A stretch of 64,000 nucleotides of DNA, taken from positions 33,108,001-33,172,000 of the forward strand of contig OX597821.1 in NCBI GenBank assembly GCA_951406725.2, in the 5' to 3' direction. Below, in pieces: positions 25,555 to 39,299 of this stretch. A model generated the notes under the pieces. The model searched no databases. It was given only the letters and a program-made list of their open reading frames with translations, and had not been told where the DNA came from. A program made the translations under genes and the position numbers. How positions within the stretch are numbered: the first letter of the stretch is position 1; every line of letters begins with the position of its first letter. The DNA comes from Octopus vulgaris (taxonomy: Eukaryota).

Positions 25555-26500
25555 TGCTTGTAATGACAAGAGCATGACATACATTGGTGAGATATCTAGA
25601 AGCATTGCAGAAAGATTGAATGGACACATGAGACAATATGACGACAAAAAAACACAGTTCTCCATGCTCTACCAACATGCTGAAGACCAACATAGAAGCA
25701 TACTTGGTCGACTTGACATCCGCATTTTATCCAAGCACCCAAAGGGCCCAACACTCAGACAAATACATGCAAAATAAAAAATACACATAGAAAGTTGTGA
25801 TACCCCAAGGAGATGGAAACATATGACCATATACATACACAAACACTCCACACGCATACACACATACAAGGGCACATATGGAGACACACATCCATATATA
25901 ACAGGCATAACATGTACATAGCCACACAAACCCATGCACGTAGACACACTCAAACACCCACCACACACAAGGAGACAGAGGTACCCACACAAATACACAC
26001 ATGCGTACAAATACACAAACATGCACACACAAACACATGAATATACAGAATACATACAAAAGTGCACACATGCATACACATATATATATATATATATATG
26101 CATACGTGCATACATATATAAATACATGCATTATGTATACATACATACATAAATATGTGTATACACATGCACACTGATGCACACACGTGTGCACAAAAGG
26201 AGCATACAAATAGAACAGAGCTCTGATGATGGACAGAGTCAATAACTATTGAAGAGGTTGCAAGAAACAACGAAAATTTTAGGAAAGAAAATAATAAATG
26301 GGTGTAAATTTAACCGGTGAGTGTGTTAATTAACAAGGCATTAAAACAGAATGACTCTCCAGAGTCTAACCTGAAGATTGACTGTAACCATAACTCAAAT
26401 TATTACGAATTGTACAGCCATGAAACGATCGTAGTGTTTTACTCTTTATCTTTTATTAAACTTTTAATACTTTTGATATATATTTAAAATAATATAAATT
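25555..26500 (+). mobile_element. Second Penelope-like GIY-YIG remnant with CA-rich 3' region and hammerhead-like core, inverted relative to the 29.3-30.7 kb copy
   Basis: YIGEISRSIAERLNGHMRQYDDK...HPKGPTLRQI, closely similar to the 29915-30150 segment. Confidence 0.75.
26368..26436 (+). ncRNA. Putative hammerhead core downstream of the Penelope GIY-YIG remnant
   Basis: CUGAAGA-u-ugacugua...uacagcca-u-GAAA-CGAUCG-UA; stem I is weak. Confidence 0.45.
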
Positions 26501-26589
26501 AATTAATTTTATGTATTGGTTTATGTTTTTCATTGTTTGATTTGCCAAATAGTGGTTTTATCTCTAATTTAATATAATATAATATATTT

Positions 26590-26624
<35 letters not shown>

Positions 26625-27070
26625 GATAAACGTCACCCTTTTCAAGCCTAGCCAGGCTCATAGGCCTGGTTTCCTGGTTTCTGTGGCGTATGTGTTCCCC
26701 CCAGCTGGACGGGACGTCAGTCCATCACAGCGTTACTCAAGAAACAGGAAGAGAGAGCGAGAGAAAGTTGTGGCGAAAGAGTACAACAGGGGTTGCCACC
26801 ACCCTCTGCTGGAGCCTCGTGGAGCTTTTAGGTGTTTTTGCTCAATAAACACGCACAATGACCGGACTGGGAATCAAAACAGCGATCTTCCGACCGCGAG
26901 TTCGCTGCCCTAACCACTGGTCCATTGCACCTCCTACATATATATATATATGTATGTATGTAATCAATATGCAATAAAGGGTGGAATATAATTAATTTAA
27001 TAAAATTAATCAATTTCACCTAGTAGATTTGTCGGTATGGAAAAGACCATATTTGGTAAGGGTTATAATA

Positions 27071-27569
27071 ATTATAATTAAGGGTTAAATGCAACAAGTT
27101 GCTCAAAACCACATACCAAAAATATTAGAAATAGCAGCCAAAATTGGTCACTATTTCCTCTACTAGTAAAAAGTCTCCACAAACAAACAGAATTTGTAAG
27201 CTGTATATGGCAAAAAAGGCAGAAAATAACGAAAACCCAGCCTATGGATTAATTATAGACGACTCGTTTCTGGATTAGAACCGAAGGTTCATTTCCTTGT
27301 CAATATAATATTTCCTATACATCAGGAAATATTATATTGACAAGGAAATGAACCTTCGGTTCTAATCCAGAAACGAGTCGTCTATAATTAATCCATAGGC
27401 TGGGTTTTCGTTATTTTCTGCCTTTTTTGCCATATACAGCTTACAAATTCTGTTTGTTTGTGGAGACTTTTTACTAGTAGAGGAAATAGTGACCAATTTT
27501 GGCTGCTATTTCTAATATTTTTGGTATGTGGTTTTGAGCAACTTGTTGCATTTAACCCTTAATTATAAT
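27071..27569. repeat. Perfect palindrome, 246-bp arms, 7-nt loop
   Basis: 27071-27316 is the reverse complement of 27324-27569. Confidence 0.95.
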
Positions 27570-27572
27570 AAT

Positions 27573-27607
<35 letters not shown>

Positions 27608-27754
27608 GTGGTTGGTGTTAGGAAGGGCATCCAGCCGTAGAAACACTGCCAGATCAGACTGGGCCTGCTGCAGCCTTCTGGCTTCACAGACCCCAGTTGA
27701 ACCGTCCAACCCATGCTAGCATGGAAAACGGACGCTAAATGATGATGATGATGA

Positions 27755-27791
<37 letters not shown>

Positions 27792-28787
27792 GGAAGAGAG
27801 CAGTGGAGGAGGAATAAATGGATTGGCCACCAGCTTAATGCAACAATCAACTTGTCTGTCAGCAACTTTGAACAGTGAGGGTTAGGGTGTTTTCAATAAT
27901 AAATATGAAATTTATTGCATAATAACTTTGGTACAGTATTTAAAGAAAGTTGGCATTAATTTGCCACATTTTATTCTCGTTGTTGATAATATAAAAAGTC
28001 ATTATCAACTGAATATTGATTAATTTTCTTCCTGTTATTGTTTATTCAGTCTGACCTGACCTCTGGTATTTCAGATTGACCTAACACAGTGGTATTTTAG
28101 ATTAATATGACCAAATGGCATTTGGAATTGATTGAACTTTTAGCTTGATTTCTAGATTATCATTTATTGATTTATTCCCTTTTATATAAGATGGTTGCAT
28201 AGTGATATTAACTGATATAAACCATTAAGGTGATGGTACAATAATATAAATAGATGCCATAATGTGGTAGCATAAGAATGTAAGTCATCATCATCATCAT
28301 CATTATCATCATCATCATCATCATCATTTCGTTTAATCTGATATCATGCTGTGTTCCATGCTGGCATGGGTTGGACAGTTTGACAGGATGTGATGGGTCC
28401 AAGGACCTCACTGTACTCCAATATCTGCTTTGGTATGGTCCCACAGGCAGCATACCATTCTTAATGCCAGCCACTTTACAGCATGTATTCGATGCTTTTC
28501 CATACATATATACATACATATGTGTGTGTATGTATGTATGTATATATGTATATCATCATCATTGTTATCCTCATCATCAAGCATTATTTAATGTCTATTT
28601 CCATGCTGGCATATATTGGATGGGTTGACAGGAATGGGCCAGCCCAGAGGCCTCACCAGGTTCCATAGATTGTTTTGGCTTTTCTACTATTAGATGCCTG
28701 TCCTAATGCCAACCATTTTACAGAATGTATTGGGCGCTTTTTACAAGGCACCAATACCCACACCAATGCTTTTTATGTGGCACCTTG

Positions 28788-29123
<336 letters not shown>

Positions 29124-29914
29124 GTAAAAAAATTATTACCTTTGTATGGTATTTTTCCCATGCTGGCCACTTGATAATATCGATATTATCCTTATTTATA
29201 AATGTATATATATATATATATATATATACTGTTGTGTCTGGGGAGAGTCATTCTCTTTTGGTGCCTTATAATTTAACACACTCACCAGTAAAATTTCCAC
29301 TTATCCATTACTCACACTGTGTTCACTTTTTGTTTGTTTGTGCACGTGTGTTTGGATCAGTGTGTGTGTGTGCCTATACATGCATGCAAGTATGTATGTA
29401 TTGTATACATGTGTGTGTATGCATGTATGTGTGTGTGTGTGTGTGCATATGTATCTATTTGTGTGTGTACATTTGTATGTATTCTGCATATTCATGTGTT
29501 TGCATGACCGTGTTTGTGTGTTTTTATGTATGTGTGTGTGAGCGTGTGTGTGTACCTCTGTCTCCTTGTGTGTGTGTGTGTGTTTTACAACTATGCACCG
29601 TGTTTGTATGTATGGATGTGCATCTCCTTGTGTGTCCTTGTGTAAAGTAAAGCATGTGTGTGTGTGTGTATGGTAATGTGTTTCGGTCTTCATTTACGTA
29701 TGTGTGCTTGTTTGTTCATATAGCCTATGTAACTATTTGTCTGTATGTTGATCTGTTTACTTTCATATCCATATGCTTACATACATGTGCATATACATAT
29801 ATATATATATTAAAATCCCCCCACACACACACACACATACATCTATCAACATAACAGCCTGCTAACTATTCTATTCTACCAGTGTAAACTGTGGGTATGG
29901 AGTTATGATATCTA

Positions 29915-30700
29915 CTATGTATATTTACTATTTAGTATTGGAGAAGTTACATTTATGAGAATGTACTCCCGTATTTGTCTGAGTGTTGGATCCTTTGGGT
30001 ACTTGGAAAAGATGCGGATGTCAAGTTGACCCAGGTTACCTCCATGTTGGTCTTTGGCATGTTGGTAGAGTATAGAGGACTGGTTTTTGTCGTCATATTG
30101 TCTCAAATGTTCATTTAGTCATTCCGCAATTCTCCTAGATGTCTCCCCTATATATGCCATATTCATGTTTTTACAAGCACCTTCTATGCATCTTATGCTG
30201 TAAACTACATTTCGTGTTCTACAGTTAATGCCAGGGCTAATCCTACATGCCATGCAGTTATCATTGGTGCATATGGTATCCTCAAAGGGGCACGTCCTAC
30301 ATAATTGTGATCTGACGGAGTTCCCTGGCTTTTCAACAATCTTAATGTTGAGTTTGGTCTCCTTCAGAGCTTTCTTAAACCTACGAGCTAGTTCTCCATG
30401 GGCTGTAGCCTCCACGAACATCACTGCTTGATATTTGTCAGTTTTATACAGCGTGTTCACCCTGTTTGCTTTGTCACAAGTTCTTTGTATCCTATTCCAG
30501 TCTTTGTTTCTATACTTAGGGTAGGTACCACTGGTATCATTACATATAATGTTATCTAATTTCTTTCTAGCACCCCTGTATACTCAAACTCTATCTTTCT
30601 GATCATAACCAGAGAATTGCATGCGGTGCATGAAGTTCTGTAAATGTTTTTTCATTTCATGGTGTTCACATAGTGGGGACACGTTGTTCATTATCCTAAG
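29915..30700 (-). mobile_element. Penelope-like element fragment (RT C-terminus, Cys-rich linker, GIY-YIG endonuclease)
   Basis: MQFSGY..., CTNDNCMAC...CRTRNVVYSIRC...AYIGETSRRIAE*LNEH...IREYILINVTSPILNSK. Confidence 0.85.
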
Positions 30701-30819
30701 TCTACTATCAGTATGTTAACAGTGAATTAGGAACAGAGAATTAGTGTGCCTCCCTACGGATAAGTCCGGCAGGCTGTCAATAGACAGCCCACAGAACTAT
30801 GTGCAGACCATGCAACAAT

Positions 30820-31280
30820 ACATCAGTAAGTAGAGACTTCAAACTTGAAATCTTCAAAGCCACAGTCGAACCAATTCTACTATATGGCTCAGAAACCTGG
30901 ACGTTATCAAAGAAGCTTGAGAGGCGGTTGGATGGAACCTACACTCGCCTCCTTATGAGAGCTCAAAATCTTTCGTGGAAGCGTCATCCAACCAAAATGC
31001 AAATATATGGGAAACTACCACCTGTGTCATCTCTTGTGAAAGGTAGGAGAGTCCAGTTTGCTGGACATTGTTGTAGAGCTGAAAACGAGGCAATTTCTAC
31101 TCTTCTCCTTGGGAAGCCATCTACTCGCAATACCAGAGGGCGCACACTCTCCTACCCTGATGTAATCTCCAGGGATACAGGCATCCAGCAACAGGACCTC
31201 CGTAATGCTATGATGGACCGTGAAGTCTGGCGTAGCATGGTAAATTCCATTGTCTCGACCACAGTCGAACAATAATGAAT
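30820..31280 (+). mobile_element. RTE-like LINE 3' fragment
   Basis: FKATVEPILLYGSETWTL...RRVQFAGHCCR...REVWRSMV; second copy at 39300-39720. Confidence 0.8.
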
Positions 31281-32316
31281 GATGATAATCATGAGAGAAG
31301 TTGCACCACAGGAACATGAAAGAGTGGAAAAAATCCTCAATGCACACATGAAAATGTGGTGCAACATACTCCAACCTATGAAAAGGACGGCACACAATTT
31401 CCAAGCATCCAACAATGATGTTCCTACACAATTACAGGGACAAAAACAAACCAGCACCAGTTGTCAAATGGAGGACAAACACGAATACGGTGGCATGTGT
31501 AAAAGGATTCGAGCGAGGTCGTTGCCAGTACCACCTGACTGGCCCCGTGCTGGTGGCACGTAAAAAGCACCCACTACACTCTTGGAGTGGTTGGCGTTAG
31601 GAAGGGCATCCAGCTGTAGAAACTCTGCCAAATCAAGACTGGAGCCTGGTGCAACCATCTGGTTCGCCAGCCCTTAGTCAAAATCGTCCAACCCATGCCA
31701 GCATGGAAAGCGGACGTTAAACGATGATGATGATGATGATATATGACAGGTTTCTTTCAGGTTCCATTTTCCAAATCCACTCACAAGTCTTTGGTCAACA
31801 CAAAGCTTTGATTGACCCTAGGCTATTGTAGAAGACACTTGCCCGAGGTATCATACAGTGGGGCTGAACCTGAAACCATGTGGTTGGAAAGCAAAATTCT
31901 TCCCACACAGCCTTGCCTACACCTGTATATACTGGTATATGCATTTGAATATACTGTATATACTGTTTGAATATAACAATATAAAATGATGTACCAGTCA
32001 CTAGGTTTTAATATTCACAACCTACCAGTCCAGAAATACTCAGAGCGGGACAGCTGCATTATTTTATTTGAGTGTCACAGAGCAAAGCAGAGGAAAATAG
32101 GAAAGAATAATTGTCTGTTTATAGAAGTAAGAAATGGCAAGTATGGAATAATAAATGTCAATTGAGTTATGTGGTGTAAATATTGGAATGAATCTAGGTT
32201 AAACATGATTGTTATGAATGTTGTTGTTTTTGAGTTATAGAGCTATGGTGAGTTTGTAATCCAAGTTCGGTGTTAGGCATTAGCATAGTATTCTGAGGTA
32301 GGAAAATACATTAAAC

Positions 32317-32740
32317 GGGTCTTTTCGGTTTGAACGGCGGTTTTTAACACAATTTCTAGGTAACTAAAAAGTTTTAAACTTCGTATACTGGTAGAATGTC
32401 TTTACAAAACATCTTTTTCTCTTGGCTTTATTGAGAAAGTTCTATGGTTTGTAAGATATTTGTTGTTGTTTTTCTTCAATTTCTGCAATTTCAACCAATC
32501 AATGACCATCTATTGAGGTGAAAACATTGTGCCGTATGAATATGTCCCTCGTTTAAGAAACAGATTGGGTTCATTTACATTTGTGAAGAAAAAAAGATAC
32601 CCTTCTCCCACCCCTAACCCTAACCAACCCTAAGCCTAAAACAGATTAAAATGCAATAGATCGATACCAGGGTCGTATTTATGGGTGACAATTTCATATG
32701 ACACAGCTAGAAAAAACTACCGTTCAAACCGAAAAGATCC
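32317..32740 (+). mobile_element. GGATC-TIR MITE copy 4
   Basis: TSD cattaaac/cagtaaac. Confidence 0.9.
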
Positions 32741-33573
32741 CAGTAAACTTGTCACTTGTCTGCTAACTGGACTGTCACGAAGTCCATTCAGCAGACATAT
32801 GCCTTGACTGTCAAACTACACTCCACGCAATAGACACGGCATATAAAGTCTTCACACACACACACACATGGCTACTCTCCAATGACAGAAGCAAGTAAAC
32901 AATATATGGTAAAAAACACATGCACAAGGCGGTGAGCTGGCAGAATCATTAGCACGATAGGCAAAATGCTTAGCGGTATTTCGTCTGCCATTACGTTCTG
33001 AGTTCAAATTCCGCCGAGGTCGACTTTGCCTTTCATCCTTTCGGTGTCGATAAATTAAGTACCAGTTACGCACTGGGGTCGATGTAATCGACTTAATACC
33101 TATGTCTGTCCTTGTTTGTCCCCTCTGTGTTTAGCCTCTTGTGGGTAATAAAGAAATAGGTATTTCGTCTGTCATTACGTTGTGAGTTCAAATTCCGCCG
33201 AGGTCGACTTTGCCTTTCATCCTTTCGGGGTCGATTAAATAAGTACCAGTTACGCACTGGGGTCGTTATAATCGACTTAATCCGTTCGTCTATCCTTGTT
33301 TGTCCTCTCTGTGTTTAGCCACTTGTGGGTAGTAAAGAAATAGGTATTTCGTCTGCCGCTACGTTCTGAGTTCAAATTCTACTGAGGTCAACTTTGCCTT
33401 TCATCCTTTCGGGTCGATAAATTAAGTACCAGTTGCATACTGGAGTCGAAGTAATCGAATTGCCCTTCCCACCAAATTTCAGGCCTTGTGTCTATAGTAG
33501 AAGAAAAAATACAAGACACATACACACAGATTCCCAAAATGAAAGTTGTACGTATGCACAAATCAAGAAACTG

Positions 33574-33651
<78 letters not shown>

Positions 33652-33960
33652 GCGTTAAGGTAACGTTTTTGGTTAACAAACATAATTCATTTCTTGCTCA
33701 CACTTGCCGGTTTTGAGAATTACTTATACTTGAACTCGGTTTTGGGAATTATCGGTTTTTTGCGAGCCCTAACAACCAACCCGTTTAGGTTTAAGGTTAC
33801 GGTTAAGGTTCGAACTAGGGTTACGCCGAAAACGGGTGATGTGCGTATTCTTTACCTCCGCAGTCGTGCTTCAAACATCGTATAAGGACGCTACCATTAG
33901 CAATACATACATACGTGTGTGTGTGTGTAAAGCAGCTAGAAATACTGTGTACAAAACGCG

Positions 33961-34267
33961 GTACTACTAGCGAACAGTGGTCCCGGTGCGCGCACACGCG
34001 CAGTCGCTAGCCAGTCGTGACTAGTTGATCCTAGAACGACTACGTAGCAAAGTAAATAAAACACAAAATAGATAAATTTTTGGGGCACAAAGTAAATAAT
34101 TTTTGTTAAACAAAGCAAATAAAACACAAAAACACAAAGTAAATATTTTTTTAAACAAAGTAAATAACACAAAAAACGCAAAGTAAGGATCGACTAGTCA
34201 TGACTAGCAGGCGCGGATGCGCGAGTATGCGGGAGCGCGCACCGGGACCACTGTTCTCAAGTAGTAC
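33961..34267. repeat. GC-rich fold-back element ~300 bp upstream of gene B ATG
   Basis: gtactac..gaacagtggtcccggtgcgcgc / gcgcgcaccgggaccactgttc..gtagtac and gactagttgatcct/aggatcgactagtc. Confidence 0.75.
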
Positions 34268-34568
34268 CCAAACGCTATATTCTCGTATATATATATATTT
34301 GCACACACAAACACGCGCACGCGCTATGTGTAAACACGCCAAACAAGCAATACACGTGCGCGTAAAATTAACCAATCGCTAAATAATACAATTATTAAAA
34401 CGGAAGATAAAAATTCAAATGTTGTTTCATTTAAAGCAGAAAAAGTAATAACAAATAAAGTCAGTTTGATCTTACGCAGCAGTCACGGAAGCTGCAACAT
34501 CAGTCTTATATCTAAATTCTATGAACGACACAGTTAATAATAGATTGTTTGAAACATAAAAAGCAAAA

Positions 34569-34775
34569 ATGATCTTCCGGAATGTTTGGGGTGTGTTTAT
34601 CCTGTTGCTTTTCAACATGGTCTATCGCAGTTCAGCAAAAGGCGGTAGCAATACCACCTTGTGTACCAAGAAACATCTAATTCTTCGTCCACTGAAGTTG
34701 TACTTTCAATGTGGTTATACGATGCGGAAAGACGAAACGAACAAAGCGCCTACTGTGTTTTATCCAGAAATTAAG
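34569..34775 (+). CDS. Gene B exon 1 (signal peptide)
   Basis: MIFRNVWGVFILLLFNMVYRSSA...LCTKKHLILRPLKLYFQCG...KAPTVFYPEIK|gtacgt; 207 nt. Confidence 0.85.
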
Positions 34776-35382
34776 GTACGTTTCTCTTTATTAACGGGCA
34801 ATCTTTTTTGATAGCCTTACGTGAGGGGGTGAAAGTATTCCTTTGACAATTTCCGTAAAAAAAAAATTTTTATTTCTTCAATGTTTTTTTTTCCAGCTGA
34901 ATCGCAGCATTCTTTCGGTAACCGTCGCATAACTATCATTGATCAAGTCAGCTGATTTATACATATATATTTCTTTATTGCCCACAAGGGGCTAAAAACA
35001 TAGAGGGGACAGAGAAAGGGATTAAGTCGATTACATCGACCCCAGTGCGTAGCTGGTACTTAATTTATCGACTCCGAAAGAATGAAAGGCAAAGTCGACC
35101 TCGGCGGAATTTGAACTCAGAACGTAACGGCAGATGAAATACGGCTACGCATTTCGCCCCTATAATTGGCTGATGAGTACTCAGCATTTTAAAACTGTTG
35201 TAATACTTACAACATTTAATAAAATGATGTAGTACGAAACGATCGTTACAAATTACTGGAGTCATTCTTGTTGCTTATTTTGATTATAATCACCCCACGG
35301 ATTTTTATGGATAACACCATACAGAATTCTGGTGCATCTAAAATTAAGTACCATATTCATTTGAATCTAAATTTTTGCTGAA

Positions 35383-35423
<41 letters not shown>

Positions 35424-35426
<3 letters not shown>

Positions 35427-36137
35427 CGTATATTTGCCATTTGAATATGGCTAACCCCTAAGGGTGGATGTTACTGTAGTTTGTAGCCCCAGGAGGACAC
35501 CTCCTCCAGCTGGCTATAGACACACTTTCTGTGCCCTATCAGTATTTGCAAAGGGAAGCCATCCTTCCCGTCTTCAACTTATGATACACACGGACTCGAG
35601 TTTCAGAGTATTGACCCGTCATCGGCGTGTGACAATCATAGTTGCCGATGAGAAGTCGGTTCCCTTCACAAATACATTTACTTTTTCCAGTATCGATTGA
35701 CACTGATATTGAAAAAGTGAAATCAAACAATGATAAATCTCAGAGCGAGTTATAAACCGTAGCAGCAACACATCGTGACGTATATTTGCCATTTGAATAT
35801 GGCTAACCCCTAAGGGTGGATGCTGGAAAAAGTATATGTATTTGTGAAGGGAACCGACTTCTCATCGGCAACTATGATTGTTACACGCCGATGACGGGTC
35901 AATACCCTGAAACTCGAGTCCGTGTGTATCATAAGTTGAAGACAGGAAGGATGGCTTCCCTTTGCAAATACTGATAGGGCACAGAAAGTGTGTCTGTAGC
36001 CAGCTGGAGGAGGTGTCCTCCTGGGGCTACAAACTACAGTAGCATCCACCCTTAGGGGTTAGCCATATTCAAATGGCAAATATACGTCACGATGTGTTGC
36101 TGCTACTGTTTATAACTCGCTCTGAGATTTATCATTA
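35424..36137. repeat. Composite inverted/direct repeat (pLTR-like)
   Basis: 35424-35690 inverted vs 35823-36090; 35729-35822 inverted vs ~36045-36137. Confidence 0.9.
35883..35925 (+). ncRNA. Putative variant hammerhead (CCGAUGA core; mirror copy ~35585-35630, minus)
   Basis: acacg-CCGAUGA-c-gggu[caau]accc-u-GAAA-CUCGAG-UC-cgugu. Confidence 0.55.
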
Positions 36138-36494
36138 TATATATATATAGAGAGAGAAATACATGAACATAAGCGATTCAGCTGAAAAAATCAAAGAAAT
36201 AAATACATGAAATCCTTAAGTATCAGTATCTGTCAGTAAACTATCTCATCCAGTTTGTGGTGTTTGTGACATTTGGAGGAGCTGGGATTCCAACGACGAA
36301 GTTCTTGTCATCGTTGGTGGCTCGTGACGATGCCTTAGCCTCGCAGTAATACCGCGGACGTTTTGGCTGGCTTCAATCGGTTCCCTCGAATCTTGTGGTT
36401 TGCGACCAATTGAATTGAAGTGAAGGCTTTTCACCCCTATTTTTCTTTCTTTGTTCCTCTTTCTCCATTTTTATTTTTGGATAGTGGATAAATG

Positions 36495-36909
36495 GGATCT
36501 TTTTCGGTTTGAACGGCAGCTTTTAACATAATTTCTAGGTAACTAAAAAGTTTTAAACTTCGTATATTGGTAGAATGTGTTTATAAAACATCTTTTTCTC
36601 TTAGTTTTATTGAGAAAATTCTATAGTTTGTAAGATATTTGTTGTTTTTTTTTCTTCAATTTCTGCAATTTCAGCCAATCACTGACGTCTATTGAGGTAA
36701 AAAACATTCTGTGCCGTATGAATATGTCCCTCGTTTAAGAAACAGATTGGGTTTATATTTACATTTGTGAAGAAAAAAAGATACCCTTCTCCCCACCCCT
36801 AACCCTAAAACAGATTGAAATGCAATAGATCGGTACTAGGGTCGTAATTATGGGTGACAATTTCATATGACACGGCTAGAAAAAACTGCCGTTCAAACCG
36901 AAAAGATCC
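36495..36909 (+). mobile_element. GGATC-TIR MITE copy 5
   Basis: TSD gataaatg/gataaacg. Confidence 0.9.
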
Positions 36910-37089
36910 GATAAACGGGTTAAAGAAGTAAAAATTGGAAGATTATGCTAATAGTAATGTACAAAACTTAGTGCGAAAATAAATATAGTTGATTTAAAGA
37001 CAAATATATATAAAACGGATAATACTGATATATATACACACACATAAACACATACTTTTTTTTTTTATCTAGTTTCAGCTCACAAGCTG

Positions 37090-37505
37090 TGGCCATGCTG
37101 GGGCACCGCCATTTGGTGTGGCTACATAATTTTACTTCGAATGCTTGTTAGGAATTGACATTTGGGGCATACGAGAGTTTGATGCAGCTGCCCTCATCTG
37201 CACCTCCTGCTGTGATGTTGGTTCATCTGGGACACTTGACAGGAAGAGGTCCAACTTTATTTTGCAGACATCTGCATCCACCCCATGCAGGTCTCTCAGG
37301 TCCTTCGGGAGGATATTGAAGAGCTGTGGACCTCTGAAGCCCAGGCTATCGCAGTATCTTCTCCTACATCTTGATGGCAAATTTGGAGTCCTTCGCACTA
37401 TGCAGTGGCACCCAGTTCTAGTATTTGTGTAACTCTCAATGCCAAAGTTTGGGACAAGTCCTTCCAGGATCTTCCAGATGTATATTATGGCATATCTTTC
37501 TCGCA
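37090..37505 (-). mobile_element. CR1/L2-group LINE 3' fragment
   Basis: RERYAIIYIWKILEGLVPN...GPQLFNILPKDLR...KLDLFLSSVPDEP. Confidence 0.7.
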
Positions 37506-37577
37506 TATATATACACAAAAAATACATAAGCATAAGCAATTCAGCTAAAAAAACTTTTGAAGAAATAAATACACATA

Positions 37578-37970
37578 GGTGCAGGAGTGGCTGTGTGGTA
37601 AGTAGCTTGTTTACCAACCACATGGTTCCGGGTTCAGTCCACTGCGTGGCACCTTGGACAAGTGTCTTCTACTATAGCCTCGGGCCGACCAAAGCCTTGT
37701 GAGTGGATTTGGTAGACGGAAACTGAAAGAAGCCCGTCGTATATATGTATATATATATATATTTGTGTGTCTGTGTTTGTCCCCCTAGCATTGCTTGACA
37801 ACTGATGCTGGTGTGTTTATGTCCCCGTTACTTAGTGGTTCGGCAAAAGAGACCGATAGAATAAGTACTGGGCTTACAAAAGAAAAAGACGCGCGGTCGA
37901 GTTGCTCGATTAAAGGCGGTGCTCCAGCATGGCCCCAGTCAAATGACTGAAACAAGTAAAGAGTAAAAAG
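37578..37970 (+). mobile_element. tRNA-derived SINE family 2. Other copies: ~31742-31925(-), 41695-41942(-), 43064-43400, 49710-50098, 51465-51771(-), 56160-56590, 59620-59785
   Basis: GGAGTGGCTGTGTGGTAAG...GGTTCAGTCC...CCTTGG(A/G)CAAGT; tail GAAACAAGTAAAAGAGTAAA. Confidence 0.85.
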
Positions 37971-39299
37971 AGTAACAGCAGATTTTTTTTTTATTGAGCA
38001 GGGAGGTTAATTGAATGCATCGACCACAACACTCGACAGGTACTTTTAATATTATATCCCTGAAGCAATTTTAAGGCACAGTTAACCTTGATAAAAGTTG
38101 AACGCAGAACATAAAGAGCTGGAATAAATACCATACAGCATGGCATTTTCTTGACACTAACAATTCTGCCAATCTCCCCGGTGTATATGTGAAGGTGGCG
38201 AGCTAGCAGAAACGTTAGCACGTTACGTTGTGAGTTCAAATTCCGCCGAGGTCAACTTTGCCTTTCATCCTTTCGGGGCAGATAAATTAAGTACCAGTTA
38301 CGCACTGGGGTCGATGTAATCGACTTAATACCTATGTCTGTCCTTGTTTGTCCCCTCTATGTTTAGCCCCTTGAGGGTAATAAAGAAATGGGTATATACG
38401 TGAAGGTGGTGAGCTGGCAGAAACGTTAGCACGCCAGACGAAATGCCTAGCAGTATTTTGTCTGCCGTTATGTTGTGAGTTCAAATTCCGCCGAGGTCGA
38501 CTTTGCCTTTCATCCTTTCGGGATCGATAAATTAAGTACCAGTTACGCATTGGGGCCAATGTAATCGACTTGATACCTATGTCTGTCCTTGTTTGTCCCC
38601 TCTATGTTTAGCCCCTTGTGGGTAATAAAGAAATAGGTTATTATGTGAATGTCATGCCATTTGATGACATGGATAGTTAATTGAGAGTCTTGCCAGTCTG
38701 GGGTCCCAATGCAAATCTATGTTGTGTATGTAGTGGGCCTTCATGCATTGCTTTGTCAGGGCCCTTTAATTCTGTTAAAAGGCCCTGAATGTCCATCAGT
38801 CTTAGAAAATGGTAATTCAAAAATGCCGCAGAACTTTAGCATATGCACTGGCCACCAGATGGCAGATAATAAGCATTGTATCAGCTTCATAATGGAAAGA
38901 GCCAGCAGTAAGCTAATTATTGGCATTAATACTGTGCAGGAGCAAACTGAAGGACTAATGAATTAGATCTAATTATCAAATTAAAATATTTAGCATGGAA
39001 AACGGACGCTAAATGATGATGATGATGGTAGTTAAGGAATGTGTCAATCACACCATTTGTAATTGTACAACTGGAGTCATACACAAGTCAATGAAAATAG
39101 CATCTACCATAATTATGACCAGAGATGTTGTGTTACTTCTAACTCGCTCTAGTTTTTACTGATTCTTTAGAGCAAAAATAAATGAATGGTGTAGGTACAT
39201 ATCTTTATGTATGTAGATATATGCACACACATTAATATTCCTCTGAGATAGTACTTAATCCCGGTTTCTATAGACTTCAGCATGTGAGAGACAAATATC

